DNA of 64,000 nt from the human T2T-CHM13v2.0 reference genome, Homo sapiens, in NCBI RefSeq assembly GCF_009914755.1, contig NC_060937.1; one strand, given 5' to 3'. The translations under genes and the position numbers were made by a program. The notes below the pieces were generated by a model that saw nothing but the letters and a program-made list of their open reading frames with translations, was not told the DNA's origin and ran no database searches. Shown in pieces: positions 33,101-51,855 of the stretch. The number at the start of each line of letters is the position of its first letter. Position 1 is the stretch's first letter.

Positions 33101-33917
33101 GTTCAATTAACAGTACTTAGTTATTAACAAACTGTCACATATGAATATTTTAACATGATAAAATTAAGAAAAAAGCTAAGAATGATGAAACATATAACTG
33201 CAATAATATATTTATTTTAGAAAGCACACTTTGTCATATGAGAAGGTAGTACAAAAAAATTTTTGATGAATACAGATTTCACCTTTACTTAAAAAGAAAA
33301 AAAAAAAAAAAGCCTTACTCAGTAGGGTGATAAAGGCATCCTCCCTAATGAAATAAGAAACTGGATGGGTGGCAAGATACAAAAGGAAACAAACACGTTA
33401 GCCTGAATTGATTGTTGCTGGAGTATATTTTTATGATATTTCCCGACAGAGACAGTGAAGGAAGCTAAAACTCAACTAGTTCACAATTAAGCTGAAAGCA
33501 TATACAATAAAATCTATGACAAGCCAAATATTAATTTTGTGATTCACTAAATCTCAGGAGAGAAGAGGTAGAAAGAGGAAAAATAGTCATTTTATTTCAA
33601 GTACCTCAGTTTAAGATATTAGGAGTGTCTATTTATAAGAGCTCATTTTAGAAGTGAGTTATCTTTCATACAGAATTCATTTGTCCATATGGGATTTTAA
33701 TAATGCATTGTAGTAATATTTTATTACAACACAAAAGATATCAGTCTGTAATTTCATAAAATGGTTTGCAAAGCAACTCAACATTACTTTCAGGAAATAA
33801 AAGTTTATTACTTCAGTTACTCATTAGAGATTAAGCTACAAAGTTAGTGATAATAAAGATAATTGAATACAAAAGAAACCTTAAACAGGACACAAGCCTC
33901 ATGCTATTAATTATATA

Positions 33918-33938
33918 TGTGTGTGTGTGTGTGTGTGT
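33918..33938 (+). repeat. (TG)10 microsatellite
   Basis: Read directly from the sequence. Confidence 0.95.
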
Positions 33939-34331
33939 ATGTATATACACACATACATACCGATTTATTTGGGTTAGGAAAATATCAATACAAGTAGTGA
34001 CTATAATAAACTCCATTTTGATTTTATAACCATCTAGTATTTCTAAAGGAAATATTAAATTTTATGGAGCACAAACTAATTTATAATATATGCCAATTCT
34101 TGAAGTTAAGCTGACTAGTTAAACACGTTTATGAAGTCTTGTATCTGCTTCCTCAGACATTTCAAAGGTATCTAAATCACATCATGAGTTTAGAGTCAAA
34201 CTTCCTCAACCTGAGTTTTAATATCCTTTCAATTCATCATGTACATCAGAAGGAAATAAGGTATATGACAGGGAAAAGATGAGAGAACATACTATTATCT
34301 AAGCTGATAAAAAGGAAAAAAATAGAAATTA

Positions 34332-34673
<342 letters not shown>

Positions 34674-34844
34674 TCATGATTGACAGACACTTTGATAAAT
34701 TTCCCTGCAAGAAGGCAAAGGTTAAACTTTCTGTAATTTGGCACTACAGAATGATCTCTGGTTACACAAAGACATCTAAAATATTAAATAAATTGTATCT
34801 CTAGTTGACTAGTGACTTAAGTTATTTAGCTATCAAAAGGATAT

Positions 34845-34969
34845 GGACATCTTTGTCACAAACTTGTCATGCAAGTCCTCAGGAGGGGGAAAGGTTTCCA
34901 ATTCCTTCTCAAGCTGTTGAAGCTGCCTTCCCATCTGCCTCAAATTCTTTTCCAGCGTTTCTACAGAGA
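34845..34969 (-). CDS. DIAPH3: DIAPH3 coding exon (probably exon 23), 125 nt, ends at a U12 donor
   Basis: ctctcttttag|TCTCTGTAGAA...ATGTCC|atatcctttt; (V)SVETLEKNLRQMGRQLQQLEKELETFPPPEDLHDKFVTKMS; joins the previous exon in frame (G+TC=Val). Confidence 0.95.
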
Positions 34970-35860
34970 CTAAAAGAGAGTATATTAAATGCCCGGAAAG
35001 GACAAAATTATAATATATAAAAGGTAAGACACCCTAGAAACAAAACATTCATGAAAACAACTCACAATAATGTAAGAAAATTCATTATAAAATAAAAATA
35101 AATTTCACTTTTAACCTTTCAATTTAAAATCTAGTTATAAAAGAAATTCAGTAAGACAGTCTTTAAAACGTAAGACAAAATTTAAGAAATGCTCACACAC
35201 ACAAATAAACCACACTTCAGAAATAAGTTTCATTAGAATTCTTGACCATTGGAAATACTACAAAATCATCAGTCTATTCAGAGACAAAAAGAAAACATTT
35301 TTTAAAATTGGACTGATTTAAATATAATTTGAACATTTTTCAAAATCATCTCTTGACAGGGAACAGTGAGTAGATGGGAAAGATGGGGAAAAGTGTTTTT
35401 TATTGTCCAAGCTTATCTACAATGGGAAAGAAAAGGTATCAGAGGCTACTTATAATGACAAATGTCAAGCTTTCTTTGCTGATATCCTGAACACAATTTG
35501 TGTTTATTATCTAATAATATTTTTCCTTCTTTGACTTAAAGTGGCTCTCACGGTACACATGAAGAAGAAATGGTAAACCAGGGCACTGTGTCACTATGAG
35601 AATATACTAGCCACCCAGCAGAACAGACATTAAGGATCATTTCTGAAAATCTTTTCATAGTCAATTTTATATGACACCAGGAAAAAGATTTAATAGTGCA
35701 AAAAGAAGATAGAGTGACCTAAACCAACTTTTAAAATATTTGCTTTAGGTACAAATGAATTCTAGGTTAAAAAAAAATCTATTGTTTTTGTTCAATGTGA
35801 ACTATATAAAATGATGTTTAAAGAATGAATACAGTAATTCAAGGTAATCTGCCATTCTTA

Positions 35861-35900
35861 GGATTTGAATTAATCCTGAAGGATTTGAATTAATCCTGAA
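35861..35900 (+). repeat. Exact 20-bp tandem duplication
   Basis: GGATTTGAATTAATCCTGAA x2. Confidence 0.95.
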
Positions 35901-36833
35901 GAATGGGTGCAATTCAAGTTTTATCTATAAGGATAGGAATATCCTTGGAAGCAATCTAAATGCCCAACAAAATGAAACTGAGTTGTTTTTTTTTTAATTT
36001 TAGCTTGGTTCAAAAGAATAAAATAGTAAGGAGACATTAAAAATAATGTGTAAGAATATGAAATGGTGTTTTATTGTTTTTTTAACCTGGTTGTACAGAA
36101 AATAACATTTGGTATTCTGACATTAACAGCTTTTAATAAAACCTAAATGTATTTTCTTATTTTAAAAAATTAGCAATCTAATTCTCAGATGCAACGTTTA
36201 AGGAGTCCAATGATTGAACTCTTCCGAGAACCACATATAATACTTGTTTGTGCTTGAAGAGTGATGGTACTTTAACTGTTTGCTCCCACTATGATGAAGC
36301 TAGTCTGGATTTACACTCATGCATATTTTCTCAGTAGGTTTTTTTTTTTCCTTCTCATGTATTCCCTTTCTGTGATACTTTGAATTTACACACTAAATGC
36401 TATAATAATACACACTATTATCTGAGTCATTGTCTCAAATTTAAGAATCACATATTCTTACCTTTTTAACTATTTAAATTATTCCCCCAATACCTTGCTG
36501 TGCATTGCTCATAGTGGTAACATATATTTCCTATGTTATACTCTTTCATTTTTATGTCTGCTTGTCAATTATCCACAACCAAGATTCTATTTGATTAGGC
36601 CAATGGTGTTTCATTTACTCTTCCCGTTTCCAACTTTTTTCTTTGCTTTTTTCAAAGTTCTCTATCTGCATTACATAAGAGATTCCTTTTGCTCTCCTAG
36701 TCTATTTGATCTCTCCCTTAAAGTCTCATTAGCATTTCCTCTATCATTTTTCAAGAACTCTTACAGGTGGTTCAGTCACTTTTTATACTTCCTAAAACTC
36801 TGCAACTTCTGACTAAATAAAGGTTCAAAAGCA

Positions 36834-37125
36834 AGCTGGGCATGGTGATGCACATCTGTAATCCTAGCACTTTAGGAGCTGAGGTAGGAGGATCAACTTG
36901 AAGCCAGGAGTTCAAGACCAGCCTGGACAACAACAAGACTCTGTGCCTCCAAAAATTAAAAAAAAAAAATTAGCCAGCCATGGTGGCATGTGCCTGTAGT
37001 CCCAGCTAATATGGAGGCTGAGGTGGGAAAATTGCTTGATCCCAGAAGTTTGAAGCTACAGTGACCAGTCATGGCACCAATGCACCACAGCCTGAGTGAC
37101 AGAGCAAGACCCTGTCTCTTTTATT
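36834..37125 (+). mobile_element. AluJ
   Basis: Diverged Alu dimer with J-type GAGGATC...GACCCTGTCTC. Confidence 0.9.
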
Positions 37126-37934
37126 AAGTAAATACATGCTCAGAAATGTTTATAAGCCATACATCTACTTTGTGCTATAAATTAGGTTCAAAAAAGTAGT
37201 GTATTAGTAGTATAATGGTAGCAGTAATTGTTATATTAGTAGCAGTGACAATAAAAATAATAGTAATGGTAATAACAACATCTAAAATGTGGTAAGTGTT
37301 TATGTATGTCAGGTACCGTCTTAAGTGTTTTCTATTAATTAACTCATGCAATCCTCACCAGAACATCATGAAGTAGGCATTATTATTATTCCTATTTTAC
37401 AGATGAGGAAACTGGAGCTCAGTAGGTAAGTAAAAAGGTCAAATTAAAAATTGGTGAAGCTAGAATTTGAATTCAAGCAGTTTCATTCCAGACCTTATTT
37501 TTAACCACTGTGTTATATATAAATTATTATAGAAATTACCATTTTGTTTTCATAACCCCTGTCAGTAACATTTAAATAAACAGATATAATTTTCACATAA
37601 TAAGGGGTTTCTTGTACATTCTTGCCCATTGCAATCACAAGCAATCCATATTCCCTGCCTAAACCCAGGGAATATATGCCTAAGCATTCTGGATGGACGG
37701 GTGAGTGTGCAGTTATATATATATAACTTTTTATATATGTATTTATTTTTAAGTACTATATATATTAAAGTGGTATCTCACCTTGAACAAAACCACATAC
37801 TTAAAATACTTAGTCTGCTCAACCAATTTTATTATGCACACATGTCAAATTAGCAAAAGATCTAGAGAACAGACCAATAGGTCTGAGGGACTCCCATATG
37901 AGAAAAAGCACAGGGCAAATGTTGGGAGGGAACA

Positions 37935-38756
37935 TAGATTGTTTGATTTTTTCTCTGACACCAAATACATTGTTCCAACACCAATCAATTGTCTAATTCT
38001 CCAATACCAACTGGGTGTCCTACAATTGGAGTTAGTGCAGACTCCATAAGTTAAGGAGAAAATCCTTCAATTCCGATACTAACTACCCAGATTTAGTGTC
38101 AGGCTGTACAGGTAGAAGGGCTCACTCCCACAAAACTACCCTCATTTCAGATGCCAGTTGCCAGTCTAGAGGACCACTCTAGACTGACTCGCTATAAATC
38201 TGGGGATTCCCAAAACTCCCTTCCCTGAAGTTCCACAATTCACTAGAATGACTCACAGAAATCAGGAAAGCACTATACTTATGATTGTAGCTTTATTATG
38301 AAGGACACAACCCATGAACAACCAAACGGAAGAGAGGTACAGGACAAGGAATGGTGGGACGGGGGTGGTGCACAGTTTCACTGCCCTTCCAGCACTTCCA
38401 CCCTCCAAGCACATCCATGTGTTACCAACCCAGAAGCTCCCCCAACCTCTTTCAGTCTTTATTGAAGCCTCATTACAAAGGCACTATTGATTAAATCACT
38501 GGCATTTGTGATTGAGCTCAATCTTCAGCCCCTCTCGCACCCATACATTGGGTATAAGCCCACAGTTCTAACCCTTTAATCGTATGTTTACTACTTCTAG
38601 AAACCAGTCTTCATCCTGAAGCTATACCCCTACCTGTCTTTAGTCACTACATTAACATACAAAATATGTGTCACTCAGGAAATTCCAAAACTTCTAGGAG
38701 CTTCGTGTCAGGAACCAGGGGGCAAAGACCAAATATTTACTTTTCATTGTACCGTA
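37935..38756 (-). mobile_element. MER21-family solo LTR
   Basis: CCAACTGGGTGTCCTACAATT...TTCAGATGCCAGT...CAGGAAATTCCAA...GACCAAATAT motifs. Confidence 0.8.
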
Positions 38757-39397
38757 TGGATATAGAAGTACATGTCTGGTCAGAGGGCAGAATTCCACTA
38801 GGGAGGTGTAAGAGAAGCACATTTTTGGCTCATTCTCAGAGGTGCCTAAAGTCTAGGCTGCCCTCAGAGGAAGCCAGCTACTGGTAACTGAAGATAGAGC
38901 TACCCCAATGAGTGAGTGCTTCTCAGCTAGGTGGGAGAGGGACTTAGTCCACTGGATAAAAGGCCTGTGACTTTTCCAATTCTGTGGTTGTCAGTGGGTC
39001 AGGAACTATGCTCTTTATGATTGGAAGCAATTTCTCCTGGGCTTGATTTCCACATTAGTGAAATGAGAAGGATCTCACCGCGTATTTTTACCTCACAGAC
39101 ATTTCATAAAGAGTAAGCAAGCTATCTTCAAAAAAATAAAATGGTTCTTGAGGCTACTCTACAGATGCAAATCTCACTAAGCCATTTCTTGTGCTTCACC
39201 AGAAGTCTCTGATTATTTGCACATTATTTGCACATTATGGTTAAGCAGATTTAAATGTAATTGACCAACCTCTCACTTGGTTTTTAAATAAGGACCAACA
39301 CACACTTGGAAGAAAGAAAGCAGCGTGAGAATTCTGGGCTAAGAAAATGTATGCCATCTGATGGGTAAAACTAAAGAGCATTTTAAGAATTCCCTTG

Positions 39398-39645
39398 CTG
39401 TATTTATAAGTCGGATCTGAATAATGGGAACACATGGACACAGGGAGGGGAACAACACACAGTGGAGCCTGTATGAGTGGCGGGCAGGAGGAGGGAGAGA
39501 ATCAGGAAAAATAGCTAATGCATGGCAGGCTTAATACCTAGGTAATGGGTTTATAGATGCAGCAAACCACCATGGCATACGTTTACCTATGTAACAAACC
39601 TGCACATCCTACACATATATCCCAGAACTTAAAAAAAAAAAAAAA
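39398..39645 (+). mobile_element. Short L1 3' end (older L1PA, about PA10-16)
   Basis: L1 3'UTR ...GCAGCAAACCACCATGGCA...CCCAGAACTT(A)n; TSD AAGAATTCCCTTG at 39385-39397 and 39644-39656. Confidence 0.88.
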
Positions 39646-39804
39646 GAATTCCCTTGGTGTTTTTATTTTTTCAGCAATTATTCTATTTCTATAGACAATT
39701 CTTGTATGTATCTTCAAACATAATTTTAGCCACATTTTTCACATGTATCAGGTTCTTTGAGGTCAGGAACTATATTTTATGTCTTAAAAATCTTAACTAT
39801 ATCC

Positions 39805-40112
<308 letters not shown>

Positions 40113-40525
40113 TTACTGGTGTCTCTGTATGTGACCTATGTGTGAATTTTATCTTTCAATCTTCTCACCAAGAAATTAATCATATTTTTTGTATTCCTGT
40201 TCATTCTTTGGAAGAAAACTAACAAAACAGAGCCATCATCAAACAGAGCTAGCTAGACAATTTTGACTTTTGCATTTTCCTCAGTTAACATTCCACCAGA
40301 TGACATCTCTCAGTCACTTCAGACATCATGTGTCTCTATCTCCAACCTGCTCCCTATGTGTAATCTCCATACCACAGAAGGCAAAAGGACCATAAATCCC
40401 ATTTCTTGTGCTAGAAACCTGCTGGTCTTGACCCTTTCCTCTCTTGCAATTCTCAGATTCAAACAATCATGACACTCAGGCATTTTACTTGACAAATAGT
40501 ACTTAATTCCTTCCTGACTTAACAC

Positions 40526-40863
40526 CTTTTTTTCTTTCTCTTTTTTTTTGAGACACCATTTTTTTCCTTTTTCTTTTTTTTCTTTTTGAGATGGAGTCTC
40601 ACTCTGTTGCCCAGGCTGGAGTGCACTGGTGTGATCTCGGCTCACTGCAAACTCCGCCTCCTGGGTTCAAGCAATTCTCCTGCCTCAGTCTCCTGAGTAG
40701 CTAGGATTATAGGCATAAACCACCACCTGGCTTATTTTTGTATTTTTAGTAGAGACGGGGTTTCACCATGTTAGTCAGGCTGGTCTTGAACTCCTGACCT
40801 CATGATCTGCCTGCCTTGGACTCCCAAAGTGTTGGAATTACAGGTGTGAGCCACCGCGCCTGG
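40526..40863 (-). mobile_element. AluS with duplicated tail segment
   Basis: TSD CTGACTTAACAC at 40514-40525 and 40864-40875; two T-tracts each followed by TGAGA. Confidence 0.93.
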
Positions 40864-42318
40864 CTGACTTAACACTTTTAAAGTCATAGGGAACCCTTTT
40901 GTCTTCTCTGATCTCTGGTCTCCTACAGTTTTTCTCCAGCGTCATTTTCACACTGTGCATAGGGGTTTCCAGACAATCAGTAAAGCTGCCCCTTTCCTGT
41001 TCAATGCATGTCAGTAAACTGGTTACATAACATCTGAGTTCCTAAACAAAGCCCCACCTACAACCTGGGGTGCTCTACTTCATATCCTGCCAAATATTCA
41101 TCTCCAAAATACATACTGCTTATAGTTCCCCTGCCCATATCCCTCTTCATCTAATCTGTACCTGATCCTGGAAATAATGTGTGTCTATCTGCCTTGTGCA
41201 CTTCACCCCTGGGTCATAACCATTCATAATTTACAAGGAATCAAAAACTACAGCAAGTACACAGGTAAAGTGCCCTTTCTCCCAATCACAACTAGTAATT
41301 ATCTCTATCTTTGCAATTACTACTCTCTATTTACATTTATCTTTTTATCTGTCTTCCTCTCCCAAATGGCTGGGAATTCCTTAAGATAAGACACCATTCA
41401 TCTTTGTATTTTCGTTACAAAACATATTGCAGATACCCAAATGTTTGCTGAAGGAATGGGTTTTGGATTTAACTTTAACCTCGCCAGATAAGAGCATTAA
41501 AAATGAAACAGGAAAATATAACAGATTAAATATCCCAGACATTAAAATCTAAGACACAGGCTTTCCTCCAAGTGTCTTATTATTATGATAATTATACACC
41601 AGAGGTGTTAAAGAAGCTTTAGAGTAAAAGTTAAAATCGAAACTATAAATATTTAAGTTTAAAGCAGTCATGAATACATGCTTTTTATAACACCATGGCC
41701 TCTATGATTTACTAGATTAAGATTTCAAGTAAGAAAGGAGAGGTTACATAATCTTTGTAATTAAAAAAAAAAATCCTCTATGAATATCTCCTGGAGGTGT
41801 TGGTCATTATTTCATAATAAGCTTACTAAAAAATGCCACACTCACTCTTACACATCATGATACAATCCAGGGAAATTGATTTCTTTAAGGAAAGCTTAAA
41901 GAACAACTTATTACCATAGACAATTTAAACATGCAAACTAAATCAAACCTTCCTACACTCATAGAATCAATTGTTTCATGTGCAAAATTATTTAGTTTCA
42001 GGCTCCAAGCAATATATTTCTTCCTAGACAACTGTAATAATAAAAGCATTTTATAAAGCTATAGCAACATTTTATAAATGCAAGTTAAAATAATAAAATT
42101 GTATGGACAAGGTGGTCCAAAACAAACCTCAGTAGTATAAAAAAAAAATCTTGACTATTAAGTAGGTCTACAACAAAACCTAAATTCTAGAATACCATTA
42201 TAAAATCCATTACATGACAAAAAGATACAAAACTAAAACAATACTGAAAAAAAATCAAAGTAAAAATAAATTGTAGCTTAGTTCGTAACAGGCAAAGATA
42301 AATTGAAAGAAACTGTGC

Positions 42319-42615
42319 TGCCGGGTGCAGTGGTTCACTCCTGTAATCTCAGCACTTTGGGAGGCTGAGGTGAGAGGATCACTTGAGGCCAGGGGTTTGA
42401 GACCAGACTGGGCAACACAGTGAAACCCCATCTCTATAAATTTTTTTAAAAAGATTAGCCAGGGGTAGTGGTGCCTGCCTATACTCCTAGTTACCCAGGA
42501 GGCTGAGGCAGGAAGATAGCTTGAGCCCAGGAATTTGAAGTTACAGTAAGCAATGATTGCATCACTGCACTCCAACCTGGGCGACAGAGGGAGATCTTGT
42601 CTCAAAAAAAAGAAA
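42319..42615 (+). mobile_element. AluJ
   Basis: Diverged dimer; GAGGATCACTTGAGGCCAGG...CTTGAGCCCAGG. Confidence 0.9.
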
Positions 42616-43329
42616 GACAAAGGAGCAATGCTAAGTGAACAGCCAGTCATCCTCATCAAGTAGTTGTACCTTCCTTGACTTACCTGACTCAGATCTTCTT
42701 TCTTCCCATTGTTCTGATTCTTGATGGAACCCCAGGTAATAACAAATGGAATTTGCATTCCTTAATTAATTTACTATACTGTATGCAATGATGGTTTAAT
42801 TTTTGTTGTTTTTACATAATACTGCAAGAGAAATGCCTTCATCTGCTATGGAACATGGAAAGAAGAAAGGGAGAAGGCAAGTAGAGGAAATGAATACAAC
42901 CAATTAAAGGCCCCCAGTCAATTCTGTTGAGCTATTTCATCCCCTGAAAGAAAGAGCCAGCCCTGTCCTTTACAAGTACAAAGAGGGTATTAAAGGCGGC
43001 AGCCTTTTAGAAGAGAAAGTGTATTAGTGGGAGAAGCCCATCTCAAAGGAAATCATGTTTACCTATAAGATTTCAGAATTCCCTTAGATAAGATGTTCAA
43101 AACCATGGTATAAATATTACATAAGAGGTGCATAACAGAAATGTTTAATAACAATATTCAAAATGTTCCCTTAGTATAATGGTTCTGTGTACATGTACAT
43201 GGGAGGGCAATTTTACTGCTTTTTACTTTGTCACAGGGGAAATGTTAAGCACAGACTGACTGACTTTCAAGTAAGACTAGTTTTCACTTGCTGCTATTGG
43301 AGACCAGGTCAGCCTCACAATTCCAAGAT

Positions 43330-47150
<3,821 letters not shown>

Positions 47151-47162
47151 TAGATGAATCTT

Positions 47163-47442
47163 TTTTTTTTTTTTTTTTTTTTGAGACAGCGTTTCGCTCT
47201 TTGCCCAGGTTGGAGCGCAATGGCGCAACCTCCGCCTCCCGGGTCCAAGTGATTCTCCTATCTCAGCCTCCCCAGTAGCTGATATTACACACATGCACCA
47301 CCACGCCCAGTTTTTTGTATTTTTAGTAGAGACGGGGTTTCACCATGTTGGCCAGGATGGTCTCAATCTCTTGACCTCATGATCCGCACGCCTCGGCCTC
47401 CCAAAGTGCTGGGATTACAGGCGTGAGCCATGGCGCCCAGCC
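47163..47442 (-). mobile_element. AluS (Sc-like) with small internal deletion
   Basis: TSD AATAGATGAATCTT at 47149-47162 and 47444-47457. Confidence 0.93.
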
Positions 47443-48847
47443 AAATAGATGAATCTTATTTAAACTAACTTTATTTTTTTTTTTCTGTCACTCACAGTCA
47501 AGCCTAATCCTTGCTAATACAAGTGCCTAGCACAATGCCTACCAAACAGGAGTTCAATAAGCTGTTTTGAGAGTCCTTTCCTTATAGAGTCAAAACATAT
47601 CAAAAACTACTAATTAACACTAGCTCTTTTTTCCATAAAATATGGTTTGAAAGATAGCTGCCAAGAAGCCACCATCACAGTGGTAGACACTTATATGACA
47701 AAAGGGTCTCACTGCTGATCAATTTTAAATCTATACTTAAAGGTGATCTCTTCTGAGGGGAGAAAGGACGATTACCCAATATCTTATTTTCTTTAGGTTT
47801 TCCTATGAGCGTGAATAAATATTATTTTAGATTTTCCTAGCACTTATATCATTTCTCATAAAGTAGTTCATATTTCCATATGGCATTCCTTCATAATTCT
47901 TGGCTGAAATGAAAAAATTTCTTTTTTAAATTCATGCATCACCTCCAGAAAAATAAACTCAGAGTTGAAGAGTTGCTGGAGACCAGTTGTTTTCAAAGGT
48001 TGTTTAGTACTAGAACTCCGTTTTCAAAAGAAATCTTATGTCAAAGTTCAAAATACAAAATAACGTGTTGCAGGCTGAAGCAGAGGCAGAAAAATAGAAC
48101 TCATTTTCCAAATTCCATTCCCTATGTTAGTATGTCCAACTCGTAAAAATGCATTGAGCTGTACACTTATGATCCTGTACACTTATGTAACTGCATGTGT
48201 ATTATTCTTTAATTTTTAGAAAAGTACCAACATTTTTAGAAAACTACTAACATAAGCCTACAAAATTTGCAGTCGTTATGTTCTAAAGTTTGAATAAGCT
48301 TCAGGCAACACACAGTTGGAATCTGTTCAAATTTCTGACAATACATATTAAAATTCTATACTAACACATTATTCACATAGACTCATGTTTACCTGCACTG
48401 TTAATGACAGGCAGATGTGTGCCAACAATAAATAATCACGGAAAAATAACACCCACACTATAAGAAACATGGAGAATATTTATATAATGATTAATAGGTA
48501 CTTTTCAAACTTGATAAACATTTGTACATATTAACCTATTTAATCCTCACAACAAACATCTGGGTTAAGTACTAATATTGCACCCATTTTATAGGTAGGA
48601 AAAGGGAAGCTCAGACAGAATAAGAAACTTGTCTAAGATTATACCTATAACAAGCTGGGGTTTCAACTCCAGGTGAACCAGTTACCTAACCTCAGAGTCC
48701 ATGGTCCAGATAACAGTTTCTCCTATCATATAATGTTTCTATAATCTAATTGCAAACACATTTTTAATTTTGCCCACTAAAATCACTTATTACAGTTATT
48801 GTTGTTATCATGGCCTATCAATAAAAAAATTCCTTAAATTCACAGGC

Positions 48848-49231
48848 TGATATGGTTTGGATTTGTGTCCCCTCCCAAATCTCACGTTGAATTGTGATCC
48901 CCAGTGTTAAAGAAGGGCACTGATAGGAGGTGATTGGATCATGGTGGTGAGTTTTCCTCTTGCTGTTCTCATGATAGTGAGTGAGTTTTCACGAGATCTG
49001 GTTGTTTAAAAGTGTGCAGCACCTCTCCCTGCACTCTCTTCCTCCTTCTCCAGCCATGTAAGATGTGCGTGCTGCTCCTTTGCCGTCTGCCATGATTGTA
49101 AGTTTTCTGAGTCCTCCCCAGCCATTCTTCCTGTATAGCCTGTGTAACTGCGAGCCACTTAAACCACTTTTCTTTATAAATTACTCGGTCTCAGGTAGCT
49201 CTTTGTAACTATGCAAAAACGGACTAATACA
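48848..49231 (+). mobile_element. MSTA (MaLR) solo LTR
   Basis: TGATATGGTTTGG...GGACTAATACA; TSD CAGGC/AAGGC. Confidence 0.9.
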
Positions 49232-49462
49232 AAGGCATACAATAATTTCAGTTTTAACTGGTTTAGTATTTTCACACAATGACAAAGAAAAGGGTATTTC
49301 TGAAGCATATTAACAATAACTTTAAAAACCAAACTATTTCACAATTTAATGATACATGCTTTCCAGATATGCTTATTAGTATAATTTCCATGCACTGTTT
49401 CATAATACTCAAAGATGACAGTGCTATCTCCATGCAGTTATAGGACTTATGCCAAAGATGAC

Positions 49463-49894
49463 TGTAGTGGGTGAGTAGTGCCCCCCAAAAATGCATATCC
49501 ACCCAGAACCTCAGAATGTGACTTATTTGGAAATAGGAACTTTGCAGATGAAATTAGTTAAGGATCTTGAGATGAAATCATCCTGTGACTGACATCATCC
49601 AATGACTAGTGTCCATAAGCAGAGGTGAGGACCCCGAGAGACATGGAGAAGATGGTGAGAAGATGCAGGCAGAGAGTGGAGTGATGCATCTACAAGCCAA
49701 GGAACACGAAGGACTCTGAGTAGCCACTAGAAGCTGGAAGAGAAGCATGGATGCTTCCTCCCCTGGAGTCTTCTGAAGATGCCAACCCTACTAATACTAT
49801 GATTTCAGAGACTTTAGTGAGAGACTTAATTTCTGTTGTTTACAGGCACTCAGTTTGTGGTAATTGGTTATGGCAGCCCTAACAAACCAATACA
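49463..49894 (+). mobile_element. MLT1B/C (MaLR) solo LTR
   Basis: GAACCTCAGAATGTGACTTATTTGGAAATAGG...GGCAGCCCTAACAAACCAATACA. Confidence 0.85.
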
Positions 49895-51855
49895 ACTACT
49901 AATTCAAGATTCTGTAAGATGCATAAATACATTCTGGTTTCTGGAGAGCAGCTGACAATTCTACCTGCAGCATTTGATTATCTCCATACCTCTTCCCCCA
50001 ATTGGTTACATGTCAACCTTGTCTCCAACAAGATTCATAAGATTGCCATTAATGTGTTTGCTCTATCTACTGCTTAGGTTTCTTTGTAGTACACAGATTT
50101 GTTATGTTAAACTGTCCTTCAGAATATACTATTCTGAAATTTTCTTTCACCTACTTCATATTGCAAAACTAAGGTGCAGTAAATATTGCTTTACAGCCAC
50201 AAGTGTAAGAGAGTTCTAAAACCTTGGTCATCACTGGTGATACTGTCCTGTTACTTGATGTTCGCTATAGTTCATAGGTGACACTGACAGAACTGCTCAA
50301 GTAGCTACTTCAAATCCGTAGCTGGCCCAAAATCTGCAAACACTGTAAACTGTTAGTTTCTCGAAAAGATTAATGATGTATTGATGACACTTTCAGCCTG
50401 TTAACCTCCAAAAAGATATAGAGGTCTTCCTGATGTGGTTTTCTTCTTCATCATCATCTATTAGCCCAAGCCACAGCAGATTCAGGAAATGTTCCTAGCT
50501 CAGTATCTCAAAAAGCAATCTTTAGCTGCAAGTAGTTCCTCTGTGCCCAGTGTTCTTTAATGTCAATCTACAGAATCCTTAATCCTTCTAGTGATTTTTG
50601 GGACATTCTCTTTCTATTCCACTCTGCTGCTTTCCAACACAGTTTATATTTGCACTGCAAAATGATTACTCTTACAATCTCATATCCAAGTCTACAACTT
50701 AAACTTTTCATGCCAACTCTATACAGATAATCCCTGGAAATAAACTGGCAGGATTTAAATATGTGGTCTCTTACCACTATACCACACTTGCAATACACTA
50801 CAAATATTTTTCACAAATCCTGTAATTACCTTGGGAATGGCCCAGTTATATCTCATCATACCTTTTTGTGAAAAAAGTATTAATTTATTGAACATAAAAT
50901 TGTACATATTCTAACATTTTGGTAAGTATATGCAAACATATATAAATTATATTTTAAAAATAAATTTAACTTTTATTATATTTGGCTTATATTAACATTA
51001 AAATTATTTTAGAATTCCTAAGTATACTTACTAAATATATATGTAAAGTATACTAATGTATGCTTTAGAATTCCTAAGTAAATTCCTAAGTATACTTACT
51101 AGATGACTGCAGATAGTCAAATTAGTTCCCTGAGACATAAAACCATTAGGAGTCATAAGCTGGCTTTACGAACATAGGTTTTACTCCACAGTCTATCTGT
51201 AGAACCAGCACTACACAACTTGGATATACTAAATACTTTCATTATTCCCACAGGAAAATGAAAAAAAAAAAGTAACATCATCCACCTATGCCTTACTTTT
51301 GGAAAGGTGTCAAGAGATAACTCAGAGTGTTACTAATGTTTATCAGTTACCTGCTTATATGAAAATTACAACTATTATAGTAGCAAAACAGGGAGAAATG
51401 GAAAAGAAACATATATATATTTATGGATATATATATATATGGATATAGTGAGTAAAAGAAAAAGACAAAACAAAAACTTGGTATAGTATGATTAACTGTA
51501 TTCTAAAACAAAATCTAGGAAATGCCGTAGATCTAATCCTGAAATTAAATGAGAATTTTCATGAATATATTTATTTAAAATGCCTTAATATATCCTTATA
51601 CATGTACTACTTTATGTTTCATGTCTACTCAAAAGAGGAATTGAAGCATACTTGCAATTATTTCAAAACATCTGATAATTCAGTTTGTAGAAGAATCTTT
51701 GATATTTCTAAATTGATTACTAGTGCACATCCAACACAGCAGCTCTACAACTGCTACTTCAACTGATTTGATAAAGTGAAAAACCATTCAGTATAGGCTA
51801 CTGTATTCTATAGCCAAAGACCACTAAGCAAATGAGAAAAATGTCTTAAGTTAGT

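Noticed and set aside
34221-34230. ATATCCTTTC, a perfect U12 donor motif
   Set aside because: It lies on the non-transcribed strand; 9-nt complementarity to the true donor is plausible by chance in AT-rich DNA
50400-50490. AG followed by ATGATGATGAAGAAGAA on the gene strand, resembling the 30181 cryptic exon start
   Set aside because: Weak pyrimidine tract and no strong downstream donor; may be transposon-derived
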